Assembly (NCBI GenBank): GCA_963663765.2
Contig: CAXXUA010000005.1
Location: 608,001-672,000 of the forward strand
Reading direction: 5' to 3'
DNA length: 64,000 nt
From: Candidatus Poribacteria bacterium
GTDB lineage: Bacteria; Poribacteria; WGA-4E; WGA-3G
The translations under genes and the position numbers were made by a program. Position 1 is the stretch's first letter; every line of letters starts with the position of its first letter. This document shows positions 60,568 to 64,000 of this stretch, piece after piece. Below the pieces are notes generated by a model. The model was not told the DNA's origin. It saw only the letters and a list, made by a program, of their open reading frames with translations, and ran no database searches.

Positions 60568-61590
60568 ATGAACTTATCCTCAAAAATAGGTGTTGGTGTT
60601 ATAGGTACTGGAAGAATCGGAAAACTGCACATACAACACCTTGCGCAAAATATACCAGAAACAGAACTCCTTACAATATGTAGCTTTGACACAAAGAGTT
60701 TGAAATCCCTTGCGGAACAGTACAGAATTCAAAAGATTACCTCTGATTATCATACCTTAATGGTCGATACGCATATTGATGCTGTTGTCGTTGCTTCATC
60801 AACGGATAGCCACGTAGAGATTTGTCAAGCTGCAGCAAAAGCAGGTAAGCATATTTTTTGCGAAAAACCAATTGCTTTAAACCTAAATGAGATTGACCAG
60901 ATATTGTCAATAACTAAGAAAACAGGAGTCAAGTTTCAAGTAGGTTTTAATAGAAGGTTTGACGAAAGTTTCATGCGTGTTCGGGATGTAGTTGTCTCAG
61001 GTGAGATTGGGGAACCACACATATTACGTATCACCAGCCGAGACCCAGAACTTCCTCCAATTGAATACCTTAAGGTTTCTGGTGGGATTTTTCTTGACAT
61101 GACGATACACGATTTTGATATGGCACGTTATCTCGTCAACGATGAAGTTATTGAGATCTATGCTGCAGGTGGGGTGCTAATTGAACCGAAAATCGTTGAA
61201 GTTGGTGACATAGATACTGCGATCATCACGTTACGTTTTCAAAATGGTGTGTTCGCAACAATTGATAACAGCAGAAAGGCAGTTTACGGATATGATCAAC
61301 GGGTAGAAGTATTTGGTTCAAAGGGAATGGTTGCAGCAGGAAATCCGTTGTCTCATACGGTAACTATCAGTGGAAGCACTGGAAGTTATACCTCGCCTCC
61401 ACCCCCGTTTTTCATTGAGCGATATAAGACTTCATATCTGTCAGAAATGCAAGCATTTGTTGGATGTATTATAGAAGATAATGAACCATTAGTTACCGGT
61501 GAAGATGGACGTATACCGATTGTGATGGGTTATGCTGCAGAAAAGTCAATACATGAAAATCGTCCTGTTTTGTTGTCTGAAATTTCATAA
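60568..61590 (+). CDS. iolG: Inositol 2-dehydrogenase
   Basis: GTGRIG, IFCEKP, GFNRRFD, ITSRDP, SGGIFLDMTIHDFD, YGYDQRVEVFG. Confidence 0.9.
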   Translation: MNLSSKIGVGVIGTGRIGKLHIQHLAQNIPETELLTICSFDTKSLKSLAEQYRIQKITSDYHTLMVDTHIDAVVVASSTDSHVEICQAAAKAGKHIFCEKPIALNLNEIDQILSITKKTGVKFQVGFNRRFDESFMRVRDVVVSGEIGEPHILRITSRDPELPPIEYLKVSGGIFLDMTIHDFDMARYLVNDEVIEIYAAGGVLIEPKIVEVGDIDTAIITLRFQNGVFATIDNSRKAVYGYDQRVEVFGSKGMVAAGNPLSHTVTISGSTGSYTSPPPPFFIERYKTSYLSEMQAFVGCIIEDNEPLVTGEDGRIPIVMGYAAEKSIHENRPVLLSEIS

Positions 61591-61605
61591 TAACCCAAAC
61601 TTGAA

Positions 61606-62337
61606 TTACTCGTGACCACCAACTTCACCTATCTGAATTTCAATTTCATCACGATTACGAATCCGTTCTACAAGACCGTCACGAATATCTACAATCCTAT
61701 CAGATACATCAAGCATCTTTAGGTCGTGTGTTGCAGAAATTACAGTGACACCTTGTTCCGTATTCAGTTGTTTAATTAGGTCAATGATTTCGCGTCCAGT
61801 AATCGTGTCAAGGTTTGCTGTAGGTTCATCTGCAAGGATGATACTGGGATCATTAGCAAGTGCTCTTGCGATTGCAACACGTTGACGTTGACCGCCAGAA
61901 AGCTCATCAGGAAGGTGATACATTCTATCACCTAAGCCGACCCTATCCAGCAGTTTTTCTGCTTTTTCGTTACGCTGTTTTTCTGGGATTCCAGCAAAGA
62001 TCATGGGTAAGGTAACATTGCCGTGTGCTGTACGCACATTCAGTAAGTTGTAACTTTGAAAGATATAACCGACGCGGTGACATCGAAACGCTGCAATTTG
62101 ACGTTGGGAAAGCTGCGACATATTCTGACCATCAATATATACGTCACCTTCAGTGGGACGATCAAGCGCTCCGATCATGTTAAAGAGTGTAGATTTACCA
62201 GAACCAGAAGGTCCCATCAATGAGATATATTCTCCGCGCTCAATTTCAATATTGATACCGTCCAAGGCACGCAGAACATTTGAACCCATTCTATACTCTT
62301 TTACTACATCTTCAGTTTTTACAACAATATCTGGCAT
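61606..62337 (-). CDS. ABC transporter ATP-binding protein (LolD/MacB-like)
   Basis: GPSGSGKST, LSGGQRQRVAIARAL, ILADEPT; ATG 62337 with AAGGA RBS. Confidence 0.93.
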   Translation of the reverse strand: MPDIVVKTEDVVKEYRMGSNVLRALDGINIEIERGEYISLMGPSGSGKSTLFNMIGALDRPTEGDVYIDGQNMSQLSQRQIAAFRCHRVGYIFQSYNLLNVRTAHGNVTLPMIFAGIPEKQRNEKAEKLLDRVGLGDRMYHLPDELSGGQRQRVAIARALANDPSIILADEPTANLDTITGREIIDLIKQLNTEQGVTVISATHDLKMLDVSDRIVDIRDGLVERIRNRDEIEIQIGEVGGHE

Positions 62338-62348
62338 AGTCAATCCTT

Positions 62349-63770
62349 CTGACATACTCCCCAAGCTAAAGCATGGGGGTTCTTAGTTCTTATATTGGAA
62401 ACGGTTTGAGTTGTTTCCAAACGACTTTTCCTGCTTCCGTGTCTCGTGCCCTTTCCTGAACAGCGTTGGGTCTTATTTGCACTCCACAGGCGTGACTTTC
62501 GGTGTGTCCCACCGTAGTTGGTTTCAAGTTTATTGCAGCGTTGACATCTCTATCTATAGACATATCACATTGACTGCAGTGATACATTCTTTCTGAAAGT
62601 GTAAGGTCTTTCTTTTTGTGTCCACAACCGGAACAGGTTTTACTACTTGCAAAGAACATATCTGCTTCTTTGACAGGTATACCGTGCACTTCTGCTTTTG
62701 TCTTGAGTTTTAGCAGGAAACTGCCTAATGCTGTATCTGACAATGCTTTTGCGAGGTTTCTGTTCTTCAGCATATTAGTAACCTTGAGTGTCTCAATACC
62801 GATCACAGATGCGAGGTTGACAATCTCTGTAGTTGCTTTATGATGTGCATCGTTTCGGATACAAGCGATACGATAGTAGATACGTTCTAACTTGTGTTTT
62901 TGTTTGAACCAGTTGTTAGACTTGAAAACGTTTCTACTTAATCTACGTTGTTCTCTTGCTAACTTCTTTTCATATCGTTTCAGGGGTCTTGGATTATCAT
63001 ATTTCGTGCCATCACTCAATGTGGCAAGTGTGTTTATGCCTACATCTATACCAATCACAGGGTGCGTTGAGTTATCAACTGCTTCGGTGTCCTCTGTTTC
63101 TATGGTGATAGATACAAACCAACGATGTGCTGTCCTTGAGATCGTCACTTTCATAATCTTACCCACAAAACGCAATGATTCAAACATGCTAATCCAACCA
63201 ATCTTAGGAAGTTTGATACGCTTACCTTCAACTTCTACAGATTGATTATTTGTGGTGAATGCGTCCTTTTTGCCACGCTTCTTGAACTTCGGAAACTTCG
63301 CACGCTTACCAACCCAATTCGCAAGCGCAGCAGACAAGTTACCAAATATGCTTTTATTGGCTACAACCTGATCCATATCTTTAGTCCAAGCATGTGCTTT
63401 CTTAGCAATATTAAATCGAGTGTTTAACTTCGCAGCGGATAAGAACTCATCATTTGCCAATGCAGACTTGAAATCTGCTAATGCATGATTATATGCAAAT
63501 CTCGCATAGCCACACTGTTGTGCAAACCATTTTCGTTGATTGTTATTTGGATTCAATGCAATCTTATGTGTTTTTAGCATGATGATATTCCAGTCCTATG
63601 AAGACGTCAGTTCCCTCTACTAAAGGTGTGTAGGTGTTAGTAGCACCTACACTGAACTGGTATAATGAGTATCTCATGGTTTAAACCAAAAATCAAGTTT
63701 TTTCTTGACACAAGCACTTAGCACGACTACATCCCACTACCTAAAGGTAGGGGTTTTGTCGTGATTCTTG
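62349..63770 (-). mobile_element. tnpB-only IS200/IS605-family element, copy 2
   Basis: Same length as and near-identical to copy 1; TTAT 5' of the left end; lies between the ABC permease and ATPase genes. Confidence 0.92.
62390..63580 (-). CDS. tnpB: RNA-guided endonuclease TnpB
   Basis: About 6 aa differences from copy 1; RuvC D/E/D intact. Confidence 0.96.
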   Translation of the reverse strand: MLKTHKIALNPNNNQRKWFAQQCGYARFAYNHALADFKSALANDEFLSAAKLNTRFNIAKKAHAWTKDMDQVVANKSIFGNLSAALANWVGKRAKFPKFKKRGKKDAFTTNNQSVEVEGKRIKLPKIGWISMFESLRFVGKIMKVTISRTAHRWFVSITIETEDTEAVDNSTHPVIGIDVGINTLATLSDGTKYDNPRPLKRYEKKLAREQRRLSRNVFKSNNWFKQKHKLERIYYRIACIRNDAHHKATTEIVNLASVIGIETLKVTNMLKNRNLAKALSDTALGSFLLKLKTKAEVHGIPVKEADMFFASSKTCSGCGHKKKDLTLSERMYHCSQCDMSIDRDVNAAINLKPTTVGHTESHACGVQIRPNAVQERARDTEAGKVVWKQLKPFPI

Positions 63771-63916
63771 ATAACTTCTTCTAAATTGGTAAAGTTTGAA
63801 TATAATTATACACTTTCGTTCAACGGTAGGCGCGGTTTCCTAACCAATGCAGAATACCAAATGCGTATTCTGCCGAATTCAAAAATATGATTTATCAAAC
63901 TCACGTTACCATAGTA

Positions 63917-64000
63917 TTAGACTTCGGTTCGCATTGCTTCAGCAGGAGGAAGTTTCGCTGCACGCCATGCGGGAAACGATGATCCAATTACTGCCAAAAT
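63917..64000 (-). CDS. FtsX/MacB-like ABC permease, C-terminal end (partial)
   Basis: Manual translation ILAVIGSSFPAWRAAKLPPAEAMRTEV*. Confidence 0.8.
   Translation of the reverse strand: MLAVIGSSFPAWRAAKLPPAEAMRTEV

Noticed and set aside
62338-62364. N-terminal extension of the ABC ATPase in the ORF track
   Set aside because: It begins inside the IS right end; ATG 62337 has its own RBS.
1-64000. RAYT/tnpA gene, tRNA, rRNA, integron integrase
   Set aside because: No HUH-Y1 transposase ORF, cloverleaf, rRNA-like segment or tyrosine recombinase was recognised, so REP and IS605 mobilisers must act in trans if they exist.

Overview
AT-rich bacterial chromosome segment. The gene content (PhyH dioxygenases, sulfatases, FGE-sulfatase, WD40/LRR mosaic protein, Uma2 paralogs) suggests Candidatus Poribacteria or a similar symbiont (inference only). 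The first 25 kb holds a minus-strand complex I cluster, nuoA-B-C-D//E-F-G-H-J-K-L//M-[IT-superfamily antiporter]-N. It has no nuoI, carries an antiporter gene overlapping the nuoM stop, and is interrupted by two accessory blocks: an orphan M.PabI-like methyltransferase with DUF5069, and a Uma2/coiled-coil tandem duplication with decayed TA genes. The rest holds pdxH, trkH, purL-purQ, catabolic genes, an intact ISAs1, an IS1595 with one nonsense codon, and two near-identical tnpB-only IS200/IS605 elements. Both tnpB elements sit 3' of TTAT and have a kissing-loop-like leader. The most striking non-coding signal is at least six unrelated MITE shells, with different TIRs and target duplications (2, 3, 5-6, 8, 10 and 19 bp). 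Nearly all carry a GTAG/GTGG-type REP hairpin as cargo, nest inside one another, and show tandem amplification of the REP unit. No rRNA, tRNA, CRISPR array or reverse transcriptase was seen.
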